Shown here: positions 8,139 through 19,463 of the stretch, in pieces
Position numbering within the stretch: position 1 is the stretch's first letter
Layout of the letters: each line of letters begins with the position of its first letter
Program-made: the position numbers and the translations under genes
The notes under the pieces: generated by a model
What the model was told of the DNA's origin: nothing
The model's database searches: none
Seen by the model: the letters and a program-made list of their open reading frames with translations, nothing else
Source of the DNA: an uncultured Enterobacteriaceae bacterium
GTDB taxonomy: Bacteria > Myxococcota_A > UBA9042
Direction: 5' to 3'
NCBI GenBank assembly: GCA_964438735.1
Contig: CAYTLW010000004.1
Coordinates: forward strand, 51,953-115,952
Length of the DNA stretch: 64,000 nt

Positions 8139-10541
8139 TTACTGCTTGACCCAGACCATGGTGACGCCGGCCCCGCCTTCGCCCTTGCGACCGAGACGGT
8201 AGTGGGCCACCTGGGGGTGGCCGCGCAGGTGCCCTTGAACGGCGTTGCGCAGGGCTCCGGTGCCGATGCCATGCACCACGCAGGCGCCCGGACCGGCCTC
8301 CACGATGGCGCGATCCAGGTGCCGATCGACCGCCATGAGCGCCTCTTCGACACGCATGCCGCGCAGATCGCAAGTCCAACGTTCCGTGCGTAGAGGCAAG
8401 GTGTGATCCTCGTCGATTCGAGCCGGATCGTCCGCTGGCCGCGCCTTTTCCGGCCGAGTGCTCGCCTTGGGACGGCCACTATCGCCCCCCCGCGGCGCAC
8501 GCAGCTCGTCGACTGATACAGCCATCTCCAGCGGACCAGCGCGGACCCGCAGCCGGCCCCGTTGGGCATCGATCTCGGTGATGACTACCAGCCGCTCCAG
8601 CCCGGGATGCCAGGCGGGGGCGTCGACCTGCAAGCTCGCCAGGTCCAGCGCTGGCCGATCGCCACTACCATCGACCTGCGCCTGCGCCTTTTTGCGGATG
8701 GCGTCGGCGCGGGCCCGGGCTTGCCCCGCCGCGCGCGCCGCCTCGTCCACCTTGCGCTGGGACGGCTGCTTGCGAAGCTGCTTGCGCGTGGCGTTCAGCT
8801 CGCTGCGAATGTCATCCAGCTCGGCGATCGTCTCGCCGGCGGCGTGTTCGATCCGGCGATCGGCGGCGCGTTTTTCATTGCGTCGTTGATCCTCCAGCCG
8901 GCGGCGGGCTTGCTCTACCTGGCGATGCTCGTCGGCGGTCTGCTTGAGCTGCTGATCCAGCTGCCCGCGCAGGGTGCGTAGCCGGTCCAGCAGCTCTTCG
9001 GTCTCCTTGCTACCGACGCCGGCCAGCTCGCGGGCCCTGTCCACGATCTCATGGGGCAGCGCCAGCCGATCGGCGAGCGCGAAGGGGCTCGACGAGCCGA
9101 CCTCGTCCAAGCGCAGTCGGAAGTCCGGCGCCAGGGAGTTCGGGTTCAGATCGAGCGCCGCGTTGCCGAAGCGGTCGTCTCTCAGGGCCAGCAACTTGAC
9201 CGTCTCATAGTGCGTGGTGACGAGTCCGAGACAGCGGCGATCGGCCAGCGCCTCGAGGAAGGCCGTAGCCAGCGCACTGCCGGCGCTCGGCTCGGTGCCC
9301 GAGGCCAACTCGTCCAGCAGGACCAGTGGCGGCGGACCGTCCTGGGCGTCCTGGCCGGTGGCGTCGAGCACGGCGCGCACCTGCTCCAGGTGGCCCGAGA
9401 ACGTGGACAGGCCACGATCCAGGTCCTGCGCATCGCCGAGCACCACGTGCACCGCGCCCAGCCAGGGAAGGATGCTGCCCTCATCTGCGCAGACCGGCAG
9501 GCCGCGGCGGGCCATCTCGACGGCCATGCCCGCAGTGGTCAGCACCACGGTCTTGCCACCGCCGTTGGGCCCGCTGACCACCAGCCAGCGACGCGGCGGG
9601 GTGATGGTCACGTCGTTGGCCACCACGGCGGCATCTTCCAGGATGAGCACCGGGTGGCGGGCGCGGCGCAGGTCCAGGTGGCCGTCCTCGCTGAATCGAG
9701 GTGTCGACGCCTGCAGGCGCTCGGCGAGGCGGGCGCCAGCGAAGATGCCGTCGAGCCCCGCCAGTTCGTCGCTCGCGCGGCCGATGGCCGGCGCCTTTTC
9801 GGCCACCAATCCGGACAACTGAGCCAGGATGCGATGTTCCTCGCGTCGCGCCTCGCCCGCGACCATGGTCAGCTTGTTGTTGGCTTCCACCAGGTCGGTG
9901 GGCTCGATGTAGATGGTCTGGCCGGTCTGCGAAGAGCCGTGCACGATGCCAGCCACCTGCCGTCGGTCGCTGGATTTGACCGGCAATACGTAGCGACCGT
10001 CGCGCACCGTGAAGTAGTCATCCTGCAACACGCCCTGATCGTCGGTCTCCCGCACGAGGTCGGCGATCCGATTGCGCAGCCCGCTGCTGCGACGTCGGAT
10101 CTCCTTGCGCAGGCGGGCCAGTTCATCGCTGGCGTCGTCGCGCAGGGTGCCATCCTCTTCGAAGACGTCGTCCGCCAGGTCGGCCAGCACGCTCAGGATG
10201 GGCAGACCGCCAGCCAGGTCGGCCAGCTCAGCAGCGTGCTCCCGCCAGGATTCGGCGCGGTCGGCCATCTTCTCCGCGCAGCGTGCAACCGCGGAGATGC
10301 GTAGCAGATCCTCGCCGCCCAGCACGCCGCCGCGCCCCGCCAGTTCGACCAGCGGCGCCACGTCCAACTCGCCATGAATGGTTGTTTGCAGGCCCTCAGC
10401 CACCACCGCGCGCCCCTGCTGGATGCGCGCCATGGACGCCAGGGCGGCCTCGGCATCGGCCAGCGGCTGCAGCGCGCGAGCCCTCAGGGCGGCCACGTCG
10501 CTATCACACTGGGCGGCCAGGGCCGAGCGGACCCGATCCAT
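8139..10541 (-). CDS. mutS2: Endonuclease MutS2 (MutS domains III-V plus C-terminal Smr)
   Basis: Walker A VVSGPNGGGKT, LSTFSGH motif, and C-terminal Smr (LRGMRVEEALMAVDRHLDRA...VHGIGTGALR). The track ORF starts at a TTG at 10562. An ATG (MDRVRSAL) at 10541 is the more likely start. Confidence 0.85.
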   Translation of the reverse strand: MDRVRSALAAQCDSDVAALRARALQPLADAEAALASMARIQQGRAVVAEGLQTTIHGELDVAPLVELAGRGGVLGGEDLLRISAVARCAEKMADRAESWREHAAELADLAGGLPILSVLADLADDVFEEDGTLRDDASDELARLRKEIRRRSSGLRNRIADLVRETDDQGVLQDDYFTVRDGRYVLPVKSSDRRQVAGIVHGSSQTGQTIYIEPTDLVEANNKLTMVAGEARREEHRILAQLSGLVAEKAPAIGRASDELAGLDGIFAGARLAERLQASTPRFSEDGHLDLRRARHPVLILEDAAVVANDVTITPPRRWLVVSGPNGGGKTVVLTTAGMAVEMARRGLPVCADEGSILPWLGAVHVVLGDAQDLDRGLSTFSGHLEQVRAVLDATGQDAQDGPPPLVLLDELASGTEPSAGSALATAFLEALADRRCLGLVTTHYETVKLLALRDDRFGNAALDLNPNSLAPDFRLRLDEVGSSSPFALADRLALPHEIVDRARELAGVGSKETEELLDRLRTLRGQLDQQLKQTADEHRQVEQARRRLEDQRRNEKRAADRRIEHAAGETIAELDDIRSELNATRKQLRKQPSQRKVDEAARAAGQARARADAIRKKAQAQVDGSGDRPALDLASLQVDAPAWHPGLERLVVITEIDAQRGRLRVRAGPLEMAVSVDELRAPRGGDSGRPKASTRPEKARPADDPARIDEDHTLPLRTERWTCDLRGMRVEEALMAVDRHLDRAIVEAGPGACVVHGIGTGALRNAVQGHLRGHPQVAHYRLGRKGEGGAGVTMVWVKQ

Positions 10542-10710
10542 GGCCAGCAGATGTTCGTTCAATGCATGCCTCTTGTGTGGGCGGGAACCGGTCTCCCCAA
10601 CGGTCCGGTGGCGTGCGTGCGCCGCGCTTGCCGGCCCGGATTCAGACTTCTATCATCCCGGACACGGATGCGCGACCGGCCGTCACGGACGCGGATGGCC
10701 AAGGAACCCG

Positions 10711-13449
10711 ATGGCAAGCGGCGCGAACGAGACCACCGGTCAGGCCAGCACTTCGTCGACGAATCGACTGCGGGGCACCGGTAAGACGCGCGCCCTGGGC
10801 GATGGTCGACGTCGGCAGACGTGGGCCGACTTCCGCAAGGCGGGCGGCAACGACACCACCGTGATGGGCCGCTCTGTGCCCTTCGTGGGCCGTCGCAAAG
10901 ACCTGGAATCCCTGTACAACACCGTTCGAGACGGGCTCAACAAGCGGCACGTACGTATCGCCTGGATCCACGGCGCGGCAGGTGTGGGCAAGTCACGCCT
11001 GCTAAGCGAATTGGAACGCGCGGTGGCCCCATCGCGTCGCGGTGTGGGCTGGTACGCGGCGGTCGCTGGCAAGGATCGCGGCGGTCCGCCCACGCTGGTG
11101 GGCCGGATCCTGCTGGAGGTCCTGGGTGGCGCGCCGGTGATGGTGGACAGCGACCCGTGGGGCCGCGTACGCGAGAACCTGGTCGCGCTGGTCGGCGAGA
11201 AGCACGCTGGCGAGTGCATGGCCGTGGTCGCGCCGCTGATCGGTTTGCCGCTGCCCGAAGGGGCCGAGAGCGGCATGCGCACCCGAGAGCCGCCGCCGGA
11301 AGTGGCGGTGCAGTTCGCCGGCAGCGTATTGCGCAGTCGCGGCCGGGGCGGACCCTTCCTGATCCGAATCGACGCCTCCCATGACACCACCGGCGAGTCC
11401 GTGCTCATGGCCCGTGGTCTGGCCGAGACCCTGGTGGGCATCTCCGCGGCCGTCATGGTCGAGTCGCGCGAGCCGCCGCCGCCGGGCCTGGACGTGTCGG
11501 GGCTGTTGCTCAGCGACCTTGAGCCCGACAGCGCCATGATCCTGGCCCGTCACCTGGTCAAGGACCTGGACGGCTCGCCCGCCAACCTGGCCGACCAGAT
11601 CATCGAGCGTTCCGGTGGCAATCCCGAGCGTCTGCTCGACGTGCTGCGCGGCATGATCGCCGCCCGCGACATCGTCCGCAAAGAGGGTGTATGGCGCTGG
11701 CGAAGGGCGACCGAGCCCGGCGGCCAGTCGGCCCTGCCCGAACCACCCGAAGCCGAATCTGCGCATGAGACGCCCCTGCCCGATCGAATCGCCCGCCTGC
11801 CCAAAGACCTGCGCCGAGTCGCCGAAGCCTGCGCCATCTTTGGCTCCAGCTTCTGGTTCGGCGGCGTGCTCTCGGTGTTGAGGGGCTCGGGCGGCAGTGG
11901 TGGCGGCGACACCATGACCGATCGCGATCGCGCGCGGCTCAAGGCGTCGATGATGCAGATGCAGTCGATCGAGCTGATCGTCTTCGTCGAGAACAGCAAG
12001 ATGAGTCGCGAGTTGGAGTTCGCTTTCGAACACGCCAACGACGCCCAGCGCCTGGTCGCCCGCATGCCCGGTGATCAGCGCCGTCTCTACGCCCGCCTGG
12101 CGGCCCAGTGGCGGAACTGTCGACCGCGACGGGATCCCATCGCCGACAATGAGCGCATCGCCAACCTCTACCAGCAGGGCGGTCGGCTGCGCCTGGCAGC
12201 TGGCCTCTACCTGGAGGCAGGCCACGCAGCGCGTAACGTCGGTCAGACCCAGCGCGCGGTCGAGCTCTACGAGGCGGGCAGCCGGATCTCGAGCACCGAT
12301 GACGCCGACCTGGCCGCCGACCTGCGTACCGCGCACGGCGGCGCCCTGCTGCGCCTGAGCCAGCACGACACCGCCGAGCCGATCCTGCTCGACGCCCTGC
12401 GTATGGCCCGCTGCCTCGAAGACGACGTTCGCTGCGGCATCGCGCAGCTCAGAGTGGCCCAGGTGGCGCGCGTCTCCGGCCGCTACGAGACGGCCCTCCG
12501 CTTCCTGGAGGGTGCGCTCAAGCACCTGCGGGTCGCCGGCGCCCACCGCTGGATCGCCGACGTGATGGACGAGATCGGTCTCGTGCACCTGGTCCGTGGC
12601 GAACAGGATGGCTACAAGCTGGCCCTGGCCCACTTCCTCAAGGCGCTCGCCCTGCGCAGGCGGAGCGAGGATCGTCGCGTCGTCGCCCGCTCTCTGTGCC
12701 ATATCGCGCGCATTCATACGGGCCGTGGCCACTTCGACGACGCCCTGGATTCGGCCAACGAGGCGGTGCAGATCTGCGAGCAGATCGAGGATCGCTGGGG
12801 CAACGCCAAGGCGCGCACAGTACTCGGCGAGGTGCTCGCCGCGTCGGGTAAACACCGCTCAGCGCTGACCGTCTGGCAGGCGGCGCGCGAACTGGCCGAT
12901 GAGGTGGGCGACACCTCCCGTCGGCTCGAGGTGACGATTCTGCAGGCCGAGGCGGCGATCGCGATCGGCGAGTGGCAGGACGCCGCTGCGCTGATGGTCG
13001 ATGCCGTCGACGACGCCAAAGAGGTCAACGATCCGGAGCTGCTGTCGGGTATCTACCGCGTGCAGGCCTCGATCTCCCTGGAACGACAGGCCCTGGAGAC
13101 GGCCGACCTGGACAGCCTGCAGGCGGTCGAGGTGGCGCGCGAGAGCGGTGCCCGATCCCAGGTCGCTCGCGCTCTGCTGGTGCGCGGCTGCGTGCTCGGC
13201 ACACGGGCGTTGAGCGAGACCGGTGCCCGCAGCACGGTCGTCGATCGCAAGGCCACCGAGGCCTTCCAGCAAGCGCTGGACGCGTTCAAGGAGATGGGCG
13301 ACCTGGTTCGCCAGCGGGCGGGACTGCGCTCCTATGCCAACTACCTGACGCAGCGCGGCGGCGGTCCGCGATTGGGCGCGGTCGAAGCGCGACTGGCCGA
13401 GGTGACCGCAGAGCTGGTGCAGGTATCGGGTGCGCCGTTGGACGGCTAG
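10711..13449 (+). CDS. STAND/AAA+ ATPase with C-terminal TPR repeats, regulatory-type, no recognisable effector or HTH
   Basis: ATG at 10711 (MASGANETT). Walker A IHGAAGVGKSRLL is present. The C-terminal half is a long alpha-helical TPR-like region. Confidence 0.7.
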   Translation: MASGANETTGQASTSSTNRLRGTGKTRALGDGRRRQTWADFRKAGGNDTTVMGRSVPFVGRRKDLESLYNTVRDGLNKRHVRIAWIHGAAGVGKSRLLSELERAVAPSRRGVGWYAAVAGKDRGGPPTLVGRILLEVLGGAPVMVDSDPWGRVRENLVALVGEKHAGECMAVVAPLIGLPLPEGAESGMRTREPPPEVAVQFAGSVLRSRGRGGPFLIRIDASHDTTGESVLMARGLAETLVGISAAVMVESREPPPPGLDVSGLLLSDLEPDSAMILARHLVKDLDGSPANLADQIIERSGGNPERLLDVLRGMIAARDIVRKEGVWRWRRATEPGGQSALPEPPEAESAHETPLPDRIARLPKDLRRVAEACAIFGSSFWFGGVLSVLRGSGGSGGGDTMTDRDRARLKASMMQMQSIELIVFVENSKMSRELEFAFEHANDAQRLVARMPGDQRRLYARLAAQWRNCRPRRDPIADNERIANLYQQGGRLRLAAGLYLEAGHAARNVGQTQRAVELYEAGSRISSTDDADLAADLRTAHGGALLRLSQHDTAEPILLDALRMARCLEDDVRCGIAQLRVAQVARVSGRYETALRFLEGALKHLRVAGAHRWIADVMDEIGLVHLVRGEQDGYKLALAHFLKALALRRRSEDRRVVARSLCHIARIHTGRGHFDDALDSANEAVQICEQIEDRWGNAKARTVLGEVLAASGKHRSALTVWQAARELADEVGDTSRRLEVTILQAEAAIAIGEWQDAAALMVDAVDDAKEVNDPELLSGIYRVQASISLERQALETADLDSLQAVEVARESGARSQVARALLVRGCVLGTRALSETGARSTVVDRKATEAFQQALDAFKEMGDLVRQRAGLRSYANYLTQRGGGPRLGAVEARLAEVTAELVQVSGAPLDG

Positions 13450-13467
13450 CCGGGCGCCGAGCGTGCC

Positions 13468-15144
13468 CTACCAACGCAAGTGCAGGACTCCGCCCACCTG
13501 GCCAGGCGCCAGCGAGGGCGCGATCGCGACCCGTGACCAAATCGACTCGTCCGTGCCGAGGTCGGCGCTGCGGCTGCTGCCGGTCAGCGCGACGTAAAGG
13601 CCTGTGAGCGCCAACAGGCCGCCCACCGAAGCGGTCGCCACACCCGTCCACCAGGTCTGCTCGGCGCCGTCGAAGTTGGGCGTGTAGTTCTTGTCGTCAT
13701 CCTTCAACGAGTTGGCGGCCTCCGCTTCGGCCACCGCGTCCAGGACCAGGTAGCCGCCGACGCCGCCGGACAGCAGGCCCAGGGTGGCCAGCGTCCAGCC
13801 CTTGCCGCTGCGGCTCAGCCCTTTGGCGCCGAAGAGGTACATGCTGCCAACCGCCAGGGATACGCCACCCAGGGCGGCCGTGCCGTAGCCGACCCACGCC
13901 ATCTGGGCGGCCGGGTCGTAGTAGTCATCGTATTGGGAGTGGCCGAGCGCCATGCCGTTGGCCAGGCGTGCGTTGGTGACGCTGACCAACGCCAGCCCCG
14001 TGCCGCCGCCGACCAGGGCCAGGCCGATGCCCGACCAGATCAGGCCCTTGAAGACGCTGCTGCCACCGCTGGAGCCGCCGCCGCTGTCGACCACCACATC
14101 GGCGGGCGCCGCGTCGCTGAATTCGTCTTCGTCTTCTTCTACGTCGTCGTAGCTGCCGCCGCCCGGTGCCGGCGGGGCGTCCTCGTCATCGTGGTTCACC
14201 TTGGGCATCTCCACAGTGGGCAGCTCGACGCCGGGGGGCGGCGCATATTCGCCTCCGGCACCGCCGCCACGAGCGGCCGCTGGCGGTCCGCCGCGAGCCG
14301 GTCCCGAGTTGCGCACATTGCCCAGGCGCGAACCGCGACCACCACGATTGGCCATCTCCAAGGGCGTCAACTTGCGCTCGACGTTCGAGGCCATTCGCAG
14401 TTTGAGGCCGTCCTTGACCTCCCGTTGCAGCTTCTGCTTGATGACGTGTCGAGCGCCCGCCTTGAGCGGGATCGTCTTGACCCAGCGGATGTAGCCCGGC
14501 GCGCGGATCTCGATCACCTTGGGTCCTGGTGCGACGCGGAAGACGCGCCGCGTGGCGTGCCCCAAGAACACCCGGTTGGCCCAGATCTCGGCGTTGGCAG
14601 GCTGGATCTCGACGCGGATCTCGGGCGCGCGGATCATCTCCATCGCCACCCGCATTTCGCGCACCTCGCCCCGTGACGCGGCGATGATGCGGCTCTCGTC
14701 GGCGTAGTCCTTGGCCTTCAGATCCATGGCGTGGGAACCCTCGGGCAACCAGAGCAGGTACTGGTTGCGGCGCGGATGGATCTTCTTGCGGTCGATGGTC
14801 AGCCAGGCGTGGGCAGGGGTGACGTTGATCTTGTACAGGCCGTAGCCGGCGTCGCGTAGATCCCAGCGCAGGCTGTGGCGGAGGTTGGTGGCCTGACGTT
14901 GGATGCTCGACGTCAGGCGCGGCGATGCCAGGGCGCGCTCGGCCCAGTTCATGGCTTTGCCCAGCTGACCTTTGCTGCGGAAGTGCTCGTGCAGCTTCCA
15001 GGCCAGTCGTGCGTCTGGATGCTTGTTGAAGCGCTTGATCTGGGACTCGATGCTCTTGCCCTTGGCCATTGCAGGCGATGCCAGCAGCGCCCCGCAGAGC
15101 AAAGCGGCGAGCAGGGTCCATCGAATCGTTGAACTATATTTCAT
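13468..15144 (-). CDS. Secreted PEGA-domain protein with C-terminal Gly-rich membrane region
   Basis: ATG at 15144 ([27 protein letters not shown] signal). PEGA-like segments are present ([35 protein letters not shown]). Acidic linker followed by Gly-rich TM helices. Confidence 0.65.
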   Translation of the reverse strand: MKYSSTIRWTLLAALLCGALLASPAMAKGKSIESQIKRFNKHPDARLAWKLHEHFRSKGQLGKAMNWAERALASPRLTSSIQRQATNLRHSLRWDLRDAGYGLYKINVTPAHAWLTIDRKKIHPRRNQYLLWLPEGSHAMDLKAKDYADESRIIAASRGEVREMRVAMEMIRAPEIRVEIQPANAEIWANRVFLGHATRRVFRVAPGPKVIEIRAPGYIRWVKTIPLKAGARHVIKQKLQREVKDGLKLRMASNVERKLTPLEMANRGGRGSRLGNVRNSGPARGGPPAAARGGGAGGEYAPPPGVELPTVEMPKVNHDDEDAPPAPGGGSYDDVEEDEDEFSDAAPADVVVDSGGGSSGGSSVFKGLIWSGIGLALVGGGTGLALVSVTNARLANGMALGHSQYDDYYDPAAQMAWVGYGTAALGGVSLAVGSMYLFGAKGLSRSGKGWTLATLGLLSGGVGGYLVLDAVAEAEAANSLKDDDKNYTPNFDGAEQTWWTGVATASVGGLLALTGLYVALTGSSRSADLGTDESIWSRVAIAPSLAPGQVGGVLHLRW

Positions 15145-15355
15145 GGGGTCGCTTGCACCCGTGCCAGCCGACGTTCGCCCACGGTCGATCTGGTTGTTGG
15201 AATCTACCGCACGCCCGGCGACCGGTCCAACCCAATGCACATCTCCTGAACAGTCCTGCGCATTCCCGACGTTGGCCGCCGTCACCTTGTGCGCACCCCC
15301 CGCTTGTCTAGACTGGCCCACAGATGAGCCGCCAACGACCCGATTTCTGGGGGGG

Positions 15356-17818
15356 ATGCGCGTGAACTACCTGTCCAGAACCGCGTTGTTGTTGTGCCTG
15401 CCCCTCGCCGCGATGGCGTCGTTGTGCACTGGCTGCGGACGAAAGGCACCGGCCACTGCGGGCCCGTCGGCCACCTCCAAGGCCGCCACCGCTGCGGTTG
15501 CCAAGGTCGCTGCGCCCGAGGCCAACTATGTGCCCACCATGTCCACGCATCCCGGCACCTTGCCCTACGAGGCCGCCACCGATCGCGCCATCGCTGCAGC
15601 CCTGAAGGCTCAGCCGGCCGATTATCGACCACGCACCCGTCACCACGGCGGTCGGGTCCACGCCAGCGCCGGCAAACATGTCGAGCCTCGCGCCCCAGCC
15701 GGGGCCAAGCCCAACTACACCAATCGCCTGATCCTGAGCAGCAGCCCCTACCTGCGGCAGCACGCCCACAACCCGGTCGACTGGCGACCCTGGGGCGAGG
15801 CGGCGTTCGCCGAAGCGCGCAAGCTGGGCCGACCCATCTTCCTCAGCGTCGGCTACTCCACCTGCCACTGGTGCCACGTGATGGAGCACGAGAGCTTCGA
15901 GGACCTGGAGATCGCCCGCGTGATGAACACACGCTACGTGCCCATCAAGCTGGATCGAGAAGAGCGGCCGGACGTGGATGCGGTCTACATGGCCGCGGTG
16001 CACGCCATGGGCATGGGCGGCGGCTGGCCCATGTCGGTGTGGATCGCGCCCGGCAAGGGGGGCGCCGGAAAGGCCGTACATGGCGTGCCCTTCTTCGCCG
16101 GCACCTACTTCCCGCCGCGCCAGTCTCGCGGCCGTCGCCGCGGCTTCCTTGGCCTGATGAACGACCTGGCCGATCGCTTCGCAGAGGACCCCGAAGGCAT
16201 CGCCGCCAAGGGCAACCGCATCGCCAGCCAGTTGCGTCGCAAGCTGGAGACCGATTGGACAGGCATCGTCGCCGATACCACCTCGGTCGACCGTCTGGTG
16301 GCCCAGGTCCGCAGCGTCTACGACAACCAGCACGGCGGCACGCGGCGGGCGCCGAAGTTCCCCTCCAACATCCCCTACGGCGTGCTGATGCGGCATCACC
16401 TGCGCACCGGCGATCGCGAGAGTCGGCGCATGGCCGTGCACTCCCTGGAGCGCATGCGCATGGGTGGCATCTATGACCATGTCGGCGGTGGTTTTGCCCG
16501 CTACAGCACCGACGTGCGCTGGCTGGTGCCCCACTTCGAGAAGATGCTCTACGACCAGGGGCTGATCACCAAAGCCCTGGTCGAAGCCTGGACCGTGAGC
16601 TCCAAGCCCAGCATGGCGCGGACCATCCGCCAGACGCTGGACTACCTGCTGCGCGAGATGCGCCACCCCGGCGGCGCCTTCTATTCGGCCACCGATGCCG
16701 ACAGCGAGGGCGAAGAGGGGCGCTTCTTCCTGTGGACGCCGGCGCAGCTGCAGGCGTTGCTGAGCAAGGAGGACGCGGCGCTGGTGGCCGAGATCTACGA
16801 CGTGACGCCCGGTGGCAACTTTGAACACCGCAACATCCTGCACCTGAGGGAGGACCTGGACGTCTGGGCCCAGCGCAAAAAGGTCGCCGCGCCGGCCCTG
16901 CGAAAACGCCTGCGATCGGCCCTGGATCGCCTCTATACCGAACGCGCCAAGCGGGTGCCGCCGCTGCGCGACGACAAGATCCTGACCGCCTGGAATGGCC
17001 TCATCATCAGCGCATTTGCCCGCGCCGGATTGTCTCTGGCGGAGCCGCGTTATGTGCAGGCGGCCGGCAAGGCGGCGGACTATGTGCTCGCCACCCTGCG
17101 CGACGACCAGGGACGGCTGCTGCGCACCGCGTTGGGCGGCAAGGCGAGCGGCATGGCTGTGCTGGATGACCACGCCTTCTTCATCGAGGCGCTGATCGAT
17201 CTCTTCGAGGCCACCGGAGAGCAGCGCTGGCTCGCCCAGGCGCTGCGCCTGCAGGCCAACCAGGATCGCTGGTATTCGGCACCGAATGCGGCCGGCTACT
17301 TCACCACCGCCACGGACGCCCAGTCGCTGCTGGCGCGTGAGAAGCCCGACTACGATGGCGCCATCCCCTCGGGCAACTCGGTCTCGGCCATGAACCTGGT
17401 GCGCCTGGCGGCCATCACCGGCGAGTCGACCCATCGCAATCGTGCCGTGGCTACCATCCGCGCGTTTTCGCGGCGATTGCGCAACTATCCCATCGCCATG
17501 AGCCGGATGCTGGTGGCGGTGGAGGCGCTGGCCTGGCCCATGAAGGAGGTCGTCCTGGTGCGCCCGGCGGGCAGCAAACCCGAGGCTTTTGCCCCCATGC
17601 TGGCCGCGCTGCGCCGCACCTGGCAGCCCCACCACGTGCTGGTCATGGTGGAGCAGGGATCGTCTTTGGAGAGGCTCGCGTCCCTGGCCCCGCCCGTGCG
17701 CGGCAAAATCGCCCGCGATGGCCGGGTCACGGCGTATGTCTGCAAGGAGGGAGCCTGCAGGCTGCCTACCACGCAGCCGGCCAAGATGATCGAACAGCTG
17801 CTTGCGCGTGGCGGTTAG
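15356..17818 (+). CDS. Thioredoxin-domain protein, DUF255/YyaL family, lipoprotein
   Basis: ATG at 15356 ([27 protein letters not shown]). DUF255 core with CxxC: [43 protein letters not shown]-terminal six-hairpin glycosidase-like region. Confidence 0.85.
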   Translation: MRVNYLSRTALLLCLPLAAMASLCTGCGRKAPATAGPSATSKAATAAVAKVAAPEANYVPTMSTHPGTLPYEAATDRAIAAALKAQPADYRPRTRHHGGRVHASAGKHVEPRAPAGAKPNYTNRLILSSSPYLRQHAHNPVDWRPWGEAAFAEARKLGRPIFLSVGYSTCHWCHVMEHESFEDLEIARVMNTRYVPIKLDREERPDVDAVYMAAVHAMGMGGGWPMSVWIAPGKGGAGKAVHGVPFFAGTYFPPRQSRGRRRGFLGLMNDLADRFAEDPEGIAAKGNRIASQLRRKLETDWTGIVADTTSVDRLVAQVRSVYDNQHGGTRRAPKFPSNIPYGVLMRHHLRTGDRESRRMAVHSLERMRMGGIYDHVGGGFARYSTDVRWLVPHFEKMLYDQGLITKALVEAWTVSSKPSMARTIRQTLDYLLREMRHPGGAFYSATDADSEGEEGRFFLWTPAQLQALLSKEDAALVAEIYDVTPGGNFEHRNILHLREDLDVWAQRKKVAAPALRKRLRSALDRLYTERAKRVPPLRDDKILTAWNGLIISAFARAGLSLAEPRYVQAAGKAADYVLATLRDDQGRLLRTALGGKASGMAVLDDHAFFIEALIDLFEATGEQRWLAQALRLQANQDRWYSAPNAAGYFTTATDAQSLLAREKPDYDGAIPSGNSVSAMNLVRLAAITGESTHRNRAVATIRAFSRRLRNYPIAMSRMLVAVEALAWPMKEVVLVRPAGSKPEAFAPMLAALRRTWQPHHVLVMVEQGSSLERLASLAPPVRGKIARDGRVTAYVCKEGACRLPTTQPAKMIEQLLARGG

Positions 17819-17860
17819 CGGACCGGCTCCGGTCGTCCACCGGCCGATCTGGCTGGCGAC

Positions 17861-18907
17861 TCAGCGTTTGCGTGGTCGTCGTAGGAGCGTGCGACGGGCT
17901 TCGACACGACCCTGCTCGTCGTGGAACGACAGGGCGAGCGAGTCGTCGCGCATGATCAGCCAGGCCCAGCCCAGGGTGCTGGCCGCCCAGATGCTGCCCT
18001 CTTTGGCCTCGACGTCGCGCAGCTGACCCGCCGCACCGCTGATGATCTGGTGTACGCCGCACTCCGGTTCGAGCACTTCCTTGTTGTGGTCGTGGCCGGA
18101 GATGTAGACGTCCACGCGGTCGCAAAGAATGGCCCGTAGCCAGTCGCGCAATTCGCCCTCGGCGTCGCCATGCTGGCCGCTCGAGCGCAGCGGGTGGTGG
18201 CCCAAGGCGATCACCCAGGCTTCGCCCTTCTCGGCGCTCTTGCTCAGTACCTCTCGGGCCCAGCGCGATTGCGGCTCGCCGCGCGCCTGCGTGTCCAGGA
18301 CCAGGAAGCGCACGCCGTCGCGGATGAAGGTGTACCAGGCAGCGGGCAGTCGGCCGTCCAGAATGCCGCGCTTGCGGGCCGGTGAGCCGTCGGCCCACGC
18401 CTTCACCATGGCGTCCGCGTTACCGTAGTGGTCGTGATTGCCCAGGCTGAAGTACAGCGGTACGCCCAGGTCGGCATAGGGTTTTTCGACGCGCTCGAGC
18501 AGGTAGGGATCGGCGGGCGATCGGATGCCTTCGGGGTAGACGATGTCGCCGGTGTGCAGCCCGAAGCCGCACTTCTCCTTGGCGCAGAAGGCGGCCAACG
18601 CCTTGCCGACCCGGAATGCGCCCGGGCTGGCGGTGCCGCCGTCGCCGAACGCGAAGAAACGGGCCTGAACGCCCGTGATGCGCTCGCCCTGGAGGGTGCC
18701 AGCGGTGGTCGCCGTTGCCGCGGCTTGCGGCTGCGCTGACCTGGCGGCCTCCAGCGGCCGATCGGCGATGCTGGCGCTGGATCTGGACTGGTTTGGGGCG
18801 GGATCCGCCTGGCGGGTCTGGCGCTTACAACCAGGTCCGACGAGCAGCAGGACGATGCCGACGAGGAAGACCCTCGACAGCCGCGCTGCGCTGCGGTTGG
18901 CGCTCAA
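17861..18907 (-). CDS. Calcineurin-like metallophosphoesterase, lipoprotein
   Basis: TTG start at 18907 (MSANRSAARLSRVFLVGIVLLLVGPGC). Metallophosphatase motifs GDGG / GD..Y / GNHD / GHHP / GHDH. Its start overlaps the stop of the upstream small gene. Confidence 0.8.
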   Translation of the reverse strand: MSANRSAARLSRVFLVGIVLLLVGPGCKRQTRQADPAPNQSRSSASIADRPLEAARSAQPQAAATATTAGTLQGERITGVQARFFAFGDGGTASPGAFRVGKALAAFCAKEKCGFGLHTGDIVYPEGIRSPADPYLLERVEKPYADLGVPLYFSLGNHDHYGNADAMVKAWADGSPARKRGILDGRLPAAWYTFIRDGVRFLVLDTQARGEPQSRWAREVLSKSAEKGEAWVIALGHHPLRSSGQHGDAEGELRDWLRAILCDRVDVYISGHDHNKEVLEPECGVHQIISGAAGQLRDVEAKEGSIWAASTLGWAWLIMRDDSLALSFHDEQGRVEARRTLLRRPRKR

Positions 18908-19143
18908 TCTTTGCCCGAGGCGCTCTTCTTCATGCGCATGTCGGTGTGAAGGCGATCGGCCTTATCCTGCATGCTGGCGACCTTGCGGTAGAGCTGGCTG
19001 AAGTGGGGGTTCTGCAGGAATTTCATCAAGTGATTGCGGCCACGAAAATCCGTCGTCGTCGCGGTATCGATGATCTCCTTGAGGATTCTGATCTCGTTGC
19101 GCGTGAACGAATTGCTGACGCGGATGACCGGCTGCTTGCTCAT
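18904..19143 (-). CDS. Small hypothetical protein (79 aa), lower GC than its surroundings
   Basis: ATG at 19143 (MSKQPVIRVSNSFTRNEIRILKEIIDTATTTDFRGRNHLMKFLQNPHFSQLYRKV...). Its stop overlaps the metallophosphoesterase start. AT-rich codons. Confidence 0.5.
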   Translation of the reverse strand: MSKQPVIRVSNSFTRNEIRILKEIIDTATTTDFRGRNHLMKFLQNPHFSQLYRKVASMQDKADRLHTDMRMKKSASGKD

Positions 19144-19463
19144 CTGGGGCACCACTCTCTTGATTCGGCCCCGACTGGAGCGGCGGGGGCGCGCGTTATC
19201 GCACCGATCGGCAGTTTGGATCAAGGGCGAGGCAATGTCACGTCTGGGCCCGGGATTGGAACCTCCCACAGTTCGCGGGCTTGTAGGTAGACCGGTGCCT
19301 TGGCCAGCGCAGCGTTGTCCTGGGCCCGGGCCTCGACTATCGTGGTCCGGCGCCGCCGACTGCGATCTGTGGCGCCACTCCGACGCCATCGGCCGCCCGC
19401 AGTTGCGCCGAAGAATTTGCCGCCGATCGCAGCCCGGCGGCGGACTGGAGTCGATCGTCAGCC

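Noticed and set aside
8139-13449. MutS2 plus STAND ATPase as a paired defence module
   Set aside because: MutS2 here has the canonical housekeeping architecture (MutS core plus Smr). It is convergent with the STAND gene, not co-oriented, so there is no evidence of functional linkage.
19230-19300. tRNA-like segment (GGGATTGGAACCTCCCACAGTTCGCGGGC) in the 320-bp divergent intergenic region
   Set aside because: No canonical T-loop (GGTTCGAATCC) or D-loop is present, and no acceptor stem pairing could be built by eye.
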